From positions 1,600,001-1,664,000 of the forward strand of contig OY762209.1 of the NCBI GenBank assembly GCA_963665295.1: a stretch of DNA of 64,000 nucleotides, read 5' to 3'. Origin of the DNA: Syntrophorhabdaceae bacterium (lineage in GTDB: Bacteria > Desulfobacterota > Syntrophorhabdia > Syntrophorhabdales > Syntrophorhabdaceae). Shown piece after piece: positions 49,140-59,529 of this stretch; within the stretch, counting starts at the first letter, position 1, and every line of letters begins with the position of its first letter. Under the pieces are notes generated by a model, which ran no database searches, was not told the DNA's origin, and was given only the letters and a program-made list of their open reading frames with translations. Made by a program: the position numbers and the translations under genes.

Positions 49140-50666
49140 TCAGAATGTCCTGTCCCCGCCCTTTTCGATCCAGTCAGGGAACCACCGGTAGTACTCGGGC
49201 GGGTGGGCCCTGTCCAGGCCTTCGTAGGTAGCCTTTGCCAGTTGTATCCCTTTTGTCGCCCTCATGAGTTTTACGAGGCCCTTTTCTTCCAGGGAGACGA
49301 GGAGCCTGTCGAGGGTCCCGTCGTCGACATCGAGCACCTCCTTCAGGTCGTCCCGGCTCATATAGAGCCCCGGATTTATCCGGTAATCCTCGGCGAGGGC
49401 GTTGAGGAGCTTCCCTTCATCCACTTCCGTCTCTTTCACGGCCCTTCCGGCAACAGGGACCGGCACGCCGAGGGTGGGATGGATGATCCGGCGCTGCATC
49501 GTGAAGTCCTTCGCCATTGTGCGCATTCCCGTGCGGAAGATTACGAGCCGGCAAGCCTCCATGGTGCCGCCGCCCATGTTCTCCACCTTGGATTGGCCCA
49601 TGATCTCCGCCAGGGGGTAGAAGGGGGTCACCGCGTCGCCGCCTATGGCCTGTATGGCGTCAAGGCTCGCCTGGACGGCGGCTTCACAGCAGAATACCTT
49701 GGATACGTTCGATTCTACCGTGATATCCCGTCCCAGGTCCCAGAGATGGGCGGTATTGTAGGTGGCGAGACGGGCCATCTCTTTCTTTATAATGAGGTTG
49801 GCTATCTTGAACTGGTTTTCCGGGATATCGACGGTGGGGCGGCCGAACTGGACCCTTCTTTGGACATGGGATGCCACGTTCCTGAGAAGCTCCCCGATCC
49901 ATCCTGAGACCATGGCGCATATGAGGGTCCGCTCGAAGTTGAGTCCCACGGTCATGACCCGCCAGCCTTCCCCCTCTTCGCCGACCCGGTTGGCGGCGCT
50001 GACCGGGACATTGTGGAAATCGAGGACGCCGTTCTGAATGTTCATGAAGCCCATCACTTCGTTGATCTTTTCCACTGTAAAACCCGGCGCGCCCTTTTCC
50101 ACCACGAATGCGGTGAGGTGACGGTAGTTCCCGACATCGTCCGGGTTGCTGCTCGTCCGCGCGTAGACCATGTACCTTCCCGCGACACCCGCGGACACGA
50201 TGAAGCGTTTCTTCCCGTTCAGCACGTAGGTATCGCCCTCGCGTCTCGCGGAGGTTTCGATGCCTGCGGCATCGGTGCCGGCAAAGGGCTCGGTAATCAC
50301 GATGGCCCCTATTTCGCCCTTTGCAATGCGGGGGAGGAAGCGCCGTTTCTGCTCCTCTGTCCCGTATTCCATGAGTTGTCTCAGTCCTCCGAGCATATTC
50401 CCCACGAAGACCCTGCTCACCCCCGGCATCCGGCCCATCGCTTCCGCCGCAATGCAGGCCCCTGTGGCGCCCAGTCCGAGGCCCCCGTATTCTTTCGGGA
50501 TTGCCGCACCCGTAAACCCCCCGGCGCCGATATCACGGAAGATGTCCCAGGGGAATTGCCTCGTCCAGCGGGTCTCGGCGTCCCGGGGCATCAGCTCTTT
50601 CACGAATCCTTCCACTTTTCCCGCAAACCCGATCTGTTCCTCCGTCCACCACGAAAAGTGTTCCAT
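49140..50666 (-). CDS. Acyl-CoA dehydrogenase with C-terminal extension
   Basis: ITEPFAGTDA, LNGKKRFI, RVQFGRP, GGTME; about 110 extra C-terminal residues. Confidence 0.88.
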   Translation of the reverse strand: MEHFSWWTEEQIGFAGKVEGFVKELMPRDAETRWTRQFPWDIFRDIGAGGFTGAAIPKEYGGLGLGATGACIAAEAMGRMPGVSRVFVGNMLGGLRQLMEYGTEEQKRRFLPRIAKGEIGAIVITEPFAGTDAAGIETSARREGDTYVLNGKKRFIVSAGVAGRYMVYARTSSNPDDVGNYRHLTAFVVEKGAPGFTVEKINEVMGFMNIQNGVLDFHNVPVSAANRVGEEGEGWRVMTVGLNFERTLICAMVSGWIGELLRNVASHVQRRVQFGRPTVDIPENQFKIANLIIKKEMARLATYNTAHLWDLGRDITVESNVSKVFCCEAAVQASLDAIQAIGGDAVTPFYPLAEIMGQSKVENMGGGTMEACRLVIFRTGMRTMAKDFTMQRRIIHPTLGVPVPVAGRAVKETEVDEGKLLNALAEDYRINPGLYMSRDDLKEVLDVDDGTLDRLLVSLEEKGLVKLMRATKGIQLAKATYEGLDRAHPPEYYRWFPDWIEKGGDRTF

Positions 50667-50841
50667 AGCCCTGCCTCCTTGAGCGATATGTCGGAACCTG
50701 CGTATCTCAATTATTGCATGCCGGGCGCTGTTTCGGTGAATGAAACGTCGCGCGGGGCCAGGTGTCATGGCCTTCCCAAGACGCGATAATCACTGAGACA
50801 GTATAGCAGAACGGTAGTCATGTGAGAAGTCTATCTCCGGC

Positions 50842-50868
50842 TTAAGAAATATACAGAAGGGACGATAA
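50842..50868 (+). promoter_or_regulatory. Candidate sigma28 promoter for the MCP
   Basis: TTAA-N15-GACGATAA versus consensus TAAA-N15-GCCGATAA. Confidence 0.45.
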
Positions 50869-50931
50869 AGCAAATGTACGGCAGGGACACCCTGGATTCC
50901 CGTGCAATTCCGCCAAAAGGGGGAGCACATA

Positions 50932-52557
50932 ATGAGTCGTTTTGTAGACCTCAAAATCAGCGCACGGCTGGGAATAGGTTTGGGACTGATCATAGCCTTT
51001 ATGGTGGTCCTCACCGCTACCGGCATCTGGAGCCTCGGCACGATAAACGGAAAACTGGAGCAGATTATCAAGGTGAACAACGCAAAGATTGAACTGGCTC
51101 ACACCATTCAGAATGGAGTGGGCGCCCTGGATAAATCGATCCTTACCATGGTGCTTGCCAACGATGAGGCGGTGACCAAGACGGAGAAAAAAAAGATAGA
51201 CGATGCGCGACAGACGTACAAGGCCGCCATGGAACGACTTGAGGCCCTTGAGACAACCGAGAAAGGCAAGGAGCTTATCGAGGCCCTGAAACAGAACGTC
51301 GGCATTGCGCGGGGCGCCAACGACAAGGTGGTAGAACTCGCCCAGGCAGGATCCAGCCAGAGCGCAAATACACTCCTCGTGGCGAGCATGCAGATATCGG
51401 ACATGCTCGCCGGGGCATGCGGCGAGATGGTTAAGTACCAGGTTGAGCGCACCGGAGTGGCGGCAAAGGAGGCTCGGACCACGTTCATCAGGGCGCGTTA
51501 CGTGCTCCTGATCATAGGGGCGGTGGTCTTTGCTTTTGCCATCTTCCTTGCCTCCTTCCTTGCGAGGAGCATCGCCAAACCATTGAGCGAAGGCGTTTCC
51601 GTTGCCCACAGGATCGCGGAGGGAGATCTTACCACCAATATAGAAATCACGTCACGGGATGAGACAGGTCAGCTTCTTGGGGCCATGAAAGAAATGGTGA
51701 CAAAGCTCCAGAACATTATCGGCGAGGTGAAGAGCGTGGCGGGAAATGTGGCGTCGGCAAGCCAGCAGCTCAACACAAGCTCGGAACTGATGTCCAGGGG
51801 GGCGGTCGAGCAGGCGGGCAGGGCCTCCCAGGTGGCAACCGCCTCCGAGGAAATGTCCCAGACCGTGCTCGATATCGCCAAAAACACGTCGAGCATAGAG
51901 ACTTCGGCCACTGATACAGCCGAACTGGCGAAAAACGGTGAGGACGTGGTCGACAGATCAGTGGAGAAAGTGAAAGCCATTGCCAAGACCATAGGAGAGT
52001 CGGCACAGCTCATAAAGTCTCTCGGCGAACGGTCCAACCAGATCGGAGAGATTATCGGCGTCATCAACGACATCGCCGACCAGACGAACCTCCTTGCTCT
52101 CAACGCCGCCATCGAAGCAGCGCGAGCGGGCGACGCGGGTCGGGGCTTCGCGGTAGTCGCCGACGAGGTGAAAAAGCTTGCGGAAAGGACCGGAAACTCT
52201 ACTTCCGAAATAGGGGGCATGATACAGTCCATTCAGGACGAGGTGTACCAGGCGGTAATCTCCATGGATAATATCACCGCTGAGGTGAAGTCAGGCGTTG
52301 ACCTTTCCAGTCAGGCCGGAGAGGTCCTCCGCGGCATCGTAAGCAGCGTCAACGAACTGCACAGCATGGTGCAGCAGATCGCCTCCGCTACGGAGCAGAT
52401 GGCGGCCACGTCCGAAGAGATCAACAGGGATATAGAGACCATCGCCTCCGTGTCAAAGGAGACGTCGGGAAGCTCCGAGCATATTGCCATGGCCTCCCAG
52501 GAACTGGCGCACCTTTCCGAGAGCCTTGAGAGCGTGGTGGGAGGATTCAGGGTTTAG
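50932..52557 (+). CDS. Methyl-accepting chemotaxis protein
   Basis: Two TM segments, HAMP (DETGQL), [20 protein letters not shown]. Confidence 0.95.
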   Translation: MSRFVDLKISARLGIGLGLIIAFMVVLTATGIWSLGTINGKLEQIIKVNNAKIELAHTIQNGVGALDKSILTMVLANDEAVTKTEKKKIDDARQTYKAAMERLEALETTEKGKELIEALKQNVGIARGANDKVVELAQAGSSQSANTLLVASMQISDMLAGACGEMVKYQVERTGVAAKEARTTFIRARYVLLIIGAVVFAFAIFLASFLARSIAKPLSEGVSVAHRIAEGDLTTNIEITSRDETGQLLGAMKEMVTKLQNIIGEVKSVAGNVASASQQLNTSSELMSRGAVEQAGRASQVATASEEMSQTVLDIAKNTSSIETSATDTAELAKNGEDVVDRSVEKVKAIAKTIGESAQLIKSLGERSNQIGEIIGVINDIADQTNLLALNAAIEAARAGDAGRGFAVVADEVKKLAERTGNSTSEIGGMIQSIQDEVYQAVISMDNITAEVKSGVDLSSQAGEVLRGIVSSVNELHSMVQQIASATEQMAATSEEINRDIETIASVSKETSGSSEHIAMASQELAHLSESLESVVGGFRV

Positions 52558-52639
52558 TCCTACCGCTTAAGACCAGACCACACCTCCATGGGTCTATGGC
52601 CCATGGAGGGAATACCAACGGGCCCCTCGGGGCCCGTTC

Positions 52640-53290
52640 TTAGTGGAGAATCTCCGTTGAAAGCGATGTCCTTCTGTAGAGTTGGGTGAAGTAGTAGGTG
52701 GAAAGAAGCAGGATGTAGTAGGTGAGGGTGGACAGAAGGGCAAGCATGAAGAACTGGAGAAAATAGGATTTCGGGATCGGGATTATGAGCCAGCAGACGA
52801 AAAGGGCAAGGAGCGTGGCCGAGTACCCGATGAAATAGGGTATGAGGACCTCTTTGATGCCCCTCAGGATCTTCTCGAATTCCAGGGCCTTCCTGAAGTC
52901 CATCTGTTCGGAAAAGGTGATGAACGCGAAAGGCAGAAAAAACGAGGAGATAAGTAAAGCCAGATAGGACAGCTTGGTGATGATGTGTCCGAAAAGCGCG
53001 GTAAGGCTGCTCAAAGCCGTGAGAAAAAAACCGCACGAGAACATAAAAAATGGTATAGCCCCGTAAAGGATGAATACAAGGAGCATTTTGGCCCCTTCTA
53101 TCCATATCTCGGACCTTCGCTCCCACGTGGGCAGGCCGATGCTCCCGATCATGAGAAGCCTCGATGCCTTTGAGAGGTATCCGAGAGAGAAAAAATTCAG
53201 GACAGGAACGTAGAGCATTAATCCCCCGTATATCCATCGTGTTACGTAACGGCTGTTCAGGCTGAACTGGATAAAAGGGATGACATCCAT
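52640..53290 (-). CDS. Membrane protein, DUF4013-like
   Basis: Multi-TM with PVLNFFSLGY and LPTW motifs. Confidence 0.65.
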   Translation of the reverse strand: MDVIPFIQFSLNSRYVTRWIYGGLMLYVPVLNFFSLGYLSKASRLLMIGSIGLPTWERRSEIWIEGAKMLLVFILYGAIPFFMFSCGFFLTALSSLTALFGHIITKLSYLALLISSFFLPFAFITFSEQMDFRKALEFEKILRGIKEVLIPYFIGYSATLLALFVCWLIIPIPKSYFLQFFMLALLSTLTYYILLLSTYYFTQLYRRTSLSTEILH

Positions 53291-53292
53291 AA

Positions 53293-54087
53293 TTATTTAC
53301 CTTTGGCCCCTCCGGCTATGAAATCGAAGAGTGAATCGGGTGTATACCCCGTCATGCCGCCGTCTATGGTGATCGTCTCGCCGTTGATATATGCCGCCCC
53401 CTTCGAGGCCAGGAAGAGGATCAATGAAACGTATTCTTCCACGTTCATCATTCTCCCGATAGGCGTCCGGCTGGAGAGGTAGTCCACGAAGACCTCTTTC
53501 CTGACGAGACCTTCGTTCATGCCGCCCTTGATGAACCCCGGGGCTACGGTGCACGTGGTCACGCCGAAACGGGCCCACTCATACGCGAGGGTCCTCGCCA
53601 TCACCATGAGGCCCGACTTGCTCACCGCGTAGGGAAGGAACCCCTTCTCTCCGTAAAGGGCCACCTGGGAAGCGATGTTGATGATCCTGCCGTACTTTGC
53701 CTCGATCATCTTCTTCCCGAATATCTGGCTCGCATAGAAGGCGCCCTTCAGGTTCACGTCGATGGCCTTGTCAAAGTCCTGCTTCCTTATCTTTTCCGAT
53801 GGCGCAAGGGGGTTTACCACGCCCGCGTTATTGATGAGGACATCTACCTTTCCCCATTTCTCCACGGTCTTTGCCGCAACACTCTCCATCTGTTCGTAAT
53901 CGGTCACATCGGCATGGAAGGCGAGAACCGGTTTTCCCTTGAATTCTTCTTCGAACTTAGCGACCACCTCTCCGGGGATCCCGTTTGCCGCCACGAATGC
54001 GCCTTCCGCCAGGAATTCCTTCGCCATGGCCTTGCCGAGGCCCTGGGTTCCTCCCGTAATAAACACTACCTGTCCTTCGAATCTCAT
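53293..54087 (-). CDS. SDR-family oxidoreductase
   Basis: TGGTQGLG, NNAG, YAVSK. Confidence 0.92.
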   Translation of the reverse strand: MRFEGQVVFITGGTQGLGKAMAKEFLAEGAFVAANGIPGEVVAKFEEEFKGKPVLAFHADVTDYEQMESVAAKTVEKWGKVDVLINNAGVVNPLAPSEKIRKQDFDKAIDVNLKGAFYASQIFGKKMIEAKYGRIINIASQVALYGEKGFLPYAVSKSGLMVMARTLAYEWARFGVTTCTVAPGFIKGGMNEGLVRKEVFVDYLSSRTPIGRMMNVEEYVSLILFLASKGAAYINGETITIDGGMTGYTPDSLFDFIAGGAKGK

Positions 54088-55031
54088 AGAGCACCTCCGT
54101 ATAATGTCTTTATTCGCTCATCAAAAAGGGCCACGAGGGCCTCGTTTTCATTCAGTTCTTTCCCGGTTACCGCTTTCCACACGTCGGACCGCTCCATGCA
54201 AAGATAGACGAAAAGCCCCGGGGCCTTGCTCATGAACAGGTCATAGAGCATCCTGTAGACCCTTATCCTTTCTCCCTTGATGTACCGGTATTTGCCGTCT
54301 TCGCCCCGTATGAACTCACCGTGGAGGAGGTTCTTTCTCCGGTTTTCGATAAAATGGTCCATCAATTTCGGCGGAAACCTGAGGAGGCCGAGGCTTATCC
54401 ATATGATCCTGTCCGGATCGAGAATCCGGGTTATGTCTTCTATAAGGTACTCGTAATCCTTTTCGAACCCGTCGTATATGATGACCGGGTCAAGGTGGAG
54501 TCCCACGAAGCAGCCCAGTTCCTGGGCCTTTCGTGCGGCCTTCAGTCTCTTGTACAAGGGGCTTGTCCTCTTCTCCTCCCGGTCTATGGACCGTTGAGGC
54601 GCAAGGGAAAAGGAGATCACCGTATAAGGGTTCAGATAGGGGGCGAGGTGGTCGATGGAAGCCCACTTCGACTTCAGCTCAAGGAGAGCGCGCTGTTTCT
54701 CGCCGAAGAATTCCACCAGGGGCCTGTTCAGCCCATATTTCCTGTCAAGGGCCAGACTGTCTGAAAGCTCACCCGTGCCGAACCGCAGGACATGGCCTTC
54801 CTCCCCGTCAATGGCCGAGTCGATCTGGGACAGGATATACGGGGTATCTCCATGCACGCTGATCCCCTCGGTGTTGATATAGTATTTCAGGATGCAGTAC
54901 GAGCATGAAAGGACGCATCCTTCTATGAGATCGATCGTTTTATACCCGCAGCATATGTGATTTTTCGTGCCCGGACAGTCCCGGACTATATTGCCCTGGG
55001 TTTCAACAAAGCTAACCTTTTGTAAGCTCAA
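54084..55031 (-). CDS. Radical SAM protein, spore-photoproduct-lyase (SplB)-like
   Basis: CVLSCSYC, GTGELSDSLALD, ELKSK, DGKYRY, YLCME. Confidence 0.82.
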   Translation of the reverse strand: MSLQKVSFVETQGNIVRDCPGTKNHICCGYKTIDLIEGCVLSCSYCILKYYINTEGISVHGDTPYILSQIDSAIDGEEGHVLRFGTGELSDSLALDRKYGLNRPLVEFFGEKQRALLELKSKWASIDHLAPYLNPYTVISFSLAPQRSIDREEKRTSPLYKRLKAARKAQELGCFVGLHLDPVIIYDGFEKDYEYLIEDITRILDPDRIIWISLGLLRFPPKLMDHFIENRRKNLLHGEFIRGEDGKYRYIKGERIRVYRMLYDLFMSKAPGLFVYLCMERSDVWKAVTGKELNENEALVALFDERIKTLYGGAL

Positions 55032-55923
55032 ACATGCTCCCTAACGATCCGTCTTGCAAGGTGGCGCGAAGTTTGTCCAGAGCATTTTCTACATCCTTGA
55101 TATCTCTGGCTCTTATGTCTATATCAATATACTCCTTTTCAAAAAAAGGGTCTACCTTAATATCCACGTTCGGCGGGAGCGCGCTTTGGCGCTTTATGGC
55201 AAGGAGCTTTTCCTCGAGGGACGAGAGCATGGGGTGGGTCCTGAGTTTGAGCATTTTCCTGAGATCCTCCGCATCCGCGGCGCCCGAAAGGGCGTCGAAG
55301 GGGATGGAACCGTGTCTCAGCTCCACAAGGGCCGCCATCCTCAAAACTTCCCTCAGATAGCCTTCCGTGGTATGGACCGCCGAGAGAAGGGCGAGAAGTC
55401 TTTCCCTCTCCTCCGCCTCGAAGCGGAGAAAAGCCTCGACGTTCGTCACGGAAAGGTTGCGGGAAAGGGCGAAGGCCTTGAGGGGTTCGCCGGCCCCGGC
55501 CAGGGCGAGGAAGGTCTTCAGCACCTTCTCGTGGGGCTTGAGGCCGAGGAGCGTCATGACCTCGAATATGTCGGCCTTCCCGAAGTCGAGGGACGCCATC
55601 CGTTGGAGGGCCAGGGCCTTTTCCACTGTGTTGAAGCCCCTCGCGAGGTTGTCATGGATCGCCTGGAGTTGGGCTTCTTTTTCGTCAAGACGGTCGATCA
55701 CCAGGGCGGGCACCGACGGCAGGCCGAGGCTGAGGGCACATGCGACCCTCCGGAAGCCCGTGACGACGGACATGACAGGACCGTCGAGGAGACAGACGGG
55801 CTGCAGAATGCCCACCTTCGCGATGGAGGACAAAAGGAGCGGCGATTCGGCAGGATAAGAGGTCGAAAACCGCCGGTCGTCGAGGTCTATCCGATCGAGG
55901 GGTATGGAGGTGAGAGCAACCAT
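55012..55923 (-). CDS. ParB N-terminal domain protein
   Basis: SIAKVGILQPV and VTGFRRV (GxxR) motifs. Confidence 0.75.
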   Translation of the reverse strand: MVALTSIPLDRIDLDDRRFSTSYPAESPLLLSSIAKVGILQPVCLLDGPVMSVVTGFRRVACALSLGLPSVPALVIDRLDEKEAQLQAIHDNLARGFNTVEKALALQRMASLDFGKADIFEVMTLLGLKPHEKVLKTFLALAGAGEPLKAFALSRNLSVTNVEAFLRFEAEERERLLALLSAVHTTEGYLREVLRMAALVELRHGSIPFDALSGAADAEDLRKMLKLRTHPMLSSLEEKLLAIKRQSALPPNVDIKVDPFFEKEYIDIDIRARDIKDVENALDKLRATLQDGSLGSMFELTKG

Positions 55924-56358
55924 CTACCGGGGGATGATGAAGGTGAGGATGTTCTTTCCCAGTTCACCGTCCCGCCTGTATTCGATGTTCTTTATGGCCT
56001 TCTTCAATTTCTTGAGCGACGGGACCTTTCCTTCACCGTTGAAGTCCTGGGTCTCGGGGAATGCGTCGGCCACGAGCATGTTGAACTGTTTGCCCGAGTC
56101 GATCACGTCGACGATGAGGGCAGGGGCGTCGTGGAACTTGCACTTTATGGTGATCTGCTCGGTCCCCTCGGTACAGGCAAACCGGATGATGTTTTCAAGG
56201 ACTTCAGTGACGCCAAGGCCGACATCATGGATCTTCTGGTCGGTGAATCCACCTTCCCAGGCTTCGTTTGATAAGAATTCGACCAGGGCCGGGATGGACT
56301 CCGTCCGGGCAGGTAAGGTAATCTCGTCCAGTACTTCGCGACCGTCACGTCTTTGCAT
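55924..56358 (-). CDS. Anti-sigma-factor-like ATP-binding protein (HATPase_c_2)
   Basis: EVLENIIRFA and DSGKQFN; glycine-rich G2 box appears degenerate. Confidence 0.7.
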   Translation of the reverse strand: MQRRDGREVLDEITLPARTESIPALVEFLSNEAWEGGFTDQKIHDVGLGVTEVLENIIRFACTEGTEQITIKCKFHDAPALIVDVIDSGKQFNMLVADAFPETQDFNGEGKVPSLKKLKKAIKNIEYRRDGELGKNILTFIIPR

Positions 56359-56597
56359 AGGTAGCTCCTAGATTCTTTGATAAGCGCCGACACGCAGCGC
56401 AGAACACTATTCTACATTTACGCGCGTCCGATATCAAGTCGGCCCTCATCGGGAGCATCCTTTCTCTTCTTTTGCGAGTACATCAAATGTGCGTGAGAGG
56501 CGAAACAATCCGTCACCGTATCTGCGACAAGGCGTGAGGTCAGGGTATAATCAAAATATCATGCGGAGCCGCCGCACAAGTGGGGGAACCTTACGGT

Positions 56598-59213
56598 TCA
56601 GGTGTGCCTCAGGGAAAGGGGGACATGTTTCCGCAGCAGGTCGGCAAATTGTCCGGGCATAATGGGCTTGCTGAAATAATAACCCTGCATTTCATTACAG
56701 GAGATATTGGTCAGGAAACTCATTTGTTCTGCCGTTTCCACGCCTTCGGCGACGACATTGAGACCTAACGTTTTACCCATGCTGATAATCGCCTCGGTGA
56801 TAGCCTTGTCTCCAGCGTCTTGCGGGATGTTACGGATGAAGGACCGGTCGACTTTGAGCGTATCCACGGGAAAATGTTTGATCTGGGCAAGAGAAGAGTA
56901 ACCGGTGCCGAAATCATCAATGGCCAGCCGCACGCCCAGGCTTTTGATTTCCGCCAATACAGAGATCATACGGGCAGGATTGTACATCACCATACTTTCG
57001 GTGATTTCAAGTTCAAGCAGGTTTGGCGCCATGCCGGAATCATTCAGCGCCGTTTTGATATCATCTATCAGACCGTCATCCATAAGCTGTCGCAACGACA
57101 AATTTACCGCCATGCATATGGCGGGAAGGCCCTGCTGCTGCCAGCCAATGTTCTGGGCGCATGCGGTCTTCAGGACCCACCTGCCGATGGGCACTATTAA
57201 TCCTGTTTCTTCGGCCACCGGAATGAATTGTGTGGGCGTTACCGAACCAAGGTACGGGTTCTGCCAGCGAAGGAGCGCCTCCACGCCGGTGATCGCGTTG
57301 GTCTTGAAGTCAACTTGCGCCTGATAATGCAGAGAGAGTTCGTTACGTTCAAGGGCAAAGCGCAGGTGAGTTTCAATCGATAGACGTTCCAACGATTTTG
57401 ATTGAATATCCTCGGAGTAGAATTGGTAATTGTTCTTGCCTTCCTCCTTGGCAAGATACATGGCCATATCGGCATTTTTCATCAGAGATTGCTCGTCTTC
57501 GGCATCCTTGGGGTACATGCAGATGCCGATGCTCGCCGTTATGCGGCATTCTTGTCCCATAAGAGTTATGGGTTTGATGATACTGGTAAGAATCTTGTGA
57601 GCCACTGTGGCGACCTGATTTGAATCACTTACCTCCTCGATCAATATAACGAACTCATCTCCTCCCAGACGGCCGACAACATCAACTGCCCGCAACGGTT
57701 GTTTCAACCGCGTGGCGACTTCTTGCAGAAGCTGGTCTCCTGCCTTGTGACCCAGGGTATCGTTGATAATTTTGAAGCGATCCAAGTCAAGGAATAACAC
57801 GGCAAACTGCCGCTTATAACGCCGTGCCGCCTGAATGGCGTGATTCAGCAGTTGGTTGAACATGGAGCGGTTGGGCAGTCCTGTCAGGACGTCGTGTGTG
57901 GCGAGGTACTGAATCTCTTCTCCGGCGCGCTTGCGTTCGGTGATGTCGCGGACAATCGCCTGAATAATCGGTTTGCCGTCCAGTTCCATGGCAGTGAGCA
58001 CCACATCGGCAGGGAAGGCCTCGCCGGTGTCGTTTCTCTTGTGCATCCACTCGAAACGAGTGCTGCCCTTTTCCATCGCCGTTGCGATCATCTCGTTGGC
58101 CAGCACCATGGAATCCGTGCCGCACGGCTGTTGCGGCGGTGACAAACCGGCGGGGTGTTTCGCGCAGAACTCCTCCAGGGTCGCGCAGCCGAAGAGCACC
58201 AGGGTCGCCTGGTTGCAGTCGAAAAAGCCCTTTTCGTCCAGCAGCATTACCGCGTCGCTGGACGAATCGTAGAGTGTACGGAACTTCGTTTCCGACCGGT
58301 GCAGCGCCTCCTCCGTCCGCTTGCGCTCGGTAATGTCCAAGAGCGTTTCAATGACGGCCGATATCTTGTCATGTTTATCGCGTATAGGCGCGGCATCAAA
58401 CACGATATACCTGGTTTTTCCGCCCAGATCGGGATACCAGCCTTCCGCGTGTATTCCGTCAGGTATGAGCACGGACCTCGTGTAGACGGGGTAAAGGTCG
58501 GCCGTCTCATCAAACTCATTGTCAATGATTATGTCCGCGACACAAGGACGGGGATGACTATAGAAGGCTTTCCAGTGATCACTGGTGCCAAGTAAGTCCT
58601 CTGATCTTACTCCGGTGAGGTATTCGCATGCCTTATTCCAGTAAATAACTTTATGTTCCGGATTAACGACAAAAGTAGCCACCGCGGAACTTTGAACAAT
58701 GGATTCCATGAATCTGTCTTTTTCCCTTAATGCCTCCTCTGTCCGCTTGCCTTCGGTGATGTCCTCGATGGCCAGGAGGATGATCCGCTTTGTTTCCGAC
58801 GCTCCTTGAACCCGGCGGGCGTTCAAAAGCATCATGCGCCTGCCGATGGTCGGAAAATCGTGTTCCACTTCATAGTTATTGATCCTGCCATCATTTGGAA
58901 GAATATCTTCAAGCAGCGTCCGGAGACGCGGAGTATCCCATTGCCGGTTTCCGAGGTCATAGATAAGGCTGCCTATAGTCTCGTCCGGCGTGACCTCGAA
59001 TGAATCATAGAAGCTACGGGTGGCCTTGACAACCTTCAGATCTGAATCCAGCACCAAAAGGGGCTCGCGGATCGTCTCAAGAATGCTCTCAGTGTAGTTG
59101 AAAGCTTCCTGAATTTCCCGTTCTTTCCGCGTGTGGCGGGCCTCCGATCCTTCAAGCCCGGCAACGCCTTGTCCATCCGCGCGATATTCTCCCGGTTTGC
59201 CCCGGTCTCTCAC
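56598..59213 (-). CDS. PAS-GGDEF-EAL c-di-GMP signalling protein
   Basis: Three PAS units, HDVLTGLPNR, GGDEF, EALLRW, DDFGTGYSSL; probable GTG start 59213 after GAGG. Confidence 0.92.
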   Translation of the reverse strand: MRDRGKPGEYRADGQGVAGLEGSEARHTRKEREIQEAFNYTESILETIREPLLVLDSDLKVVKATRSFYDSFEVTPDETIGSLIYDLGNRQWDTPRLRTLLEDILPNDGRINNYEVEHDFPTIGRRMMLLNARRVQGASETKRIILLAIEDITEGKRTEEALREKDRFMESIVQSSAVATFVVNPEHKVIYWNKACEYLTGVRSEDLLGTSDHWKAFYSHPRPCVADIIIDNEFDETADLYPVYTRSVLIPDGIHAEGWYPDLGGKTRYIVFDAAPIRDKHDKISAVIETLLDITERKRTEEALHRSETKFRTLYDSSSDAVMLLDEKGFFDCNQATLVLFGCATLEEFCAKHPAGLSPPQQPCGTDSMVLANEMIATAMEKGSTRFEWMHKRNDTGEAFPADVVLTAMELDGKPIIQAIVRDITERKRAGEEIQYLATHDVLTGLPNRSMFNQLLNHAIQAARRYKRQFAVLFLDLDRFKIINDTLGHKAGDQLLQEVATRLKQPLRAVDVVGRLGGDEFVILIEEVSDSNQVATVAHKILTSIIKPITLMGQECRITASIGICMYPKDAEDEQSLMKNADMAMYLAKEEGKNNYQFYSEDIQSKSLERLSIETHLRFALERNELSLHYQAQVDFKTNAITGVEALLRWQNPYLGSVTPTQFIPVAEETGLIVPIGRWVLKTACAQNIGWQQQGLPAICMAVNLSLRQLMDDGLIDDIKTALNDSGMAPNLLELEITESMVMYNPARMISVLAEIKSLGVRLAIDDFGTGYSSLAQIKHFPVDTLKVDRSFIRNIPQDAGDKAITEAIISMGKTLGLNVVAEGVETAEQMSFLTNISCNEMQGYYFSKPIMPGQFADLLRKHVPLSLRHT

Positions 59214-59529
59214 GTTATGCCTCGCATCATCAGTTTTCCAATAATTTAAGTATAACAACAAAACAGGGAACTGCAAGCGACCTTTACCACCGCCCCTCAA
59301 TGTCCGTGAACCCATCGGTTGAAATGGTAATCTGAGCCATGTTAAGCCGAAAGGAGGAAAGGGGCGATGCCCCTTTCCTCCAAATCCTGAATATCTGCAC
59401 GGCCTGCTCCGGATTCTTCGCAAGTCCGGAAAGCCCTGTCGTTGCTATGCGTATCTCCTCGACAGGGAGCGGAGAATTCTCAGTTACGCCTGCCCCCTGC
59501 GATAAAGCCATCCGCCCACACCTGCAAGG

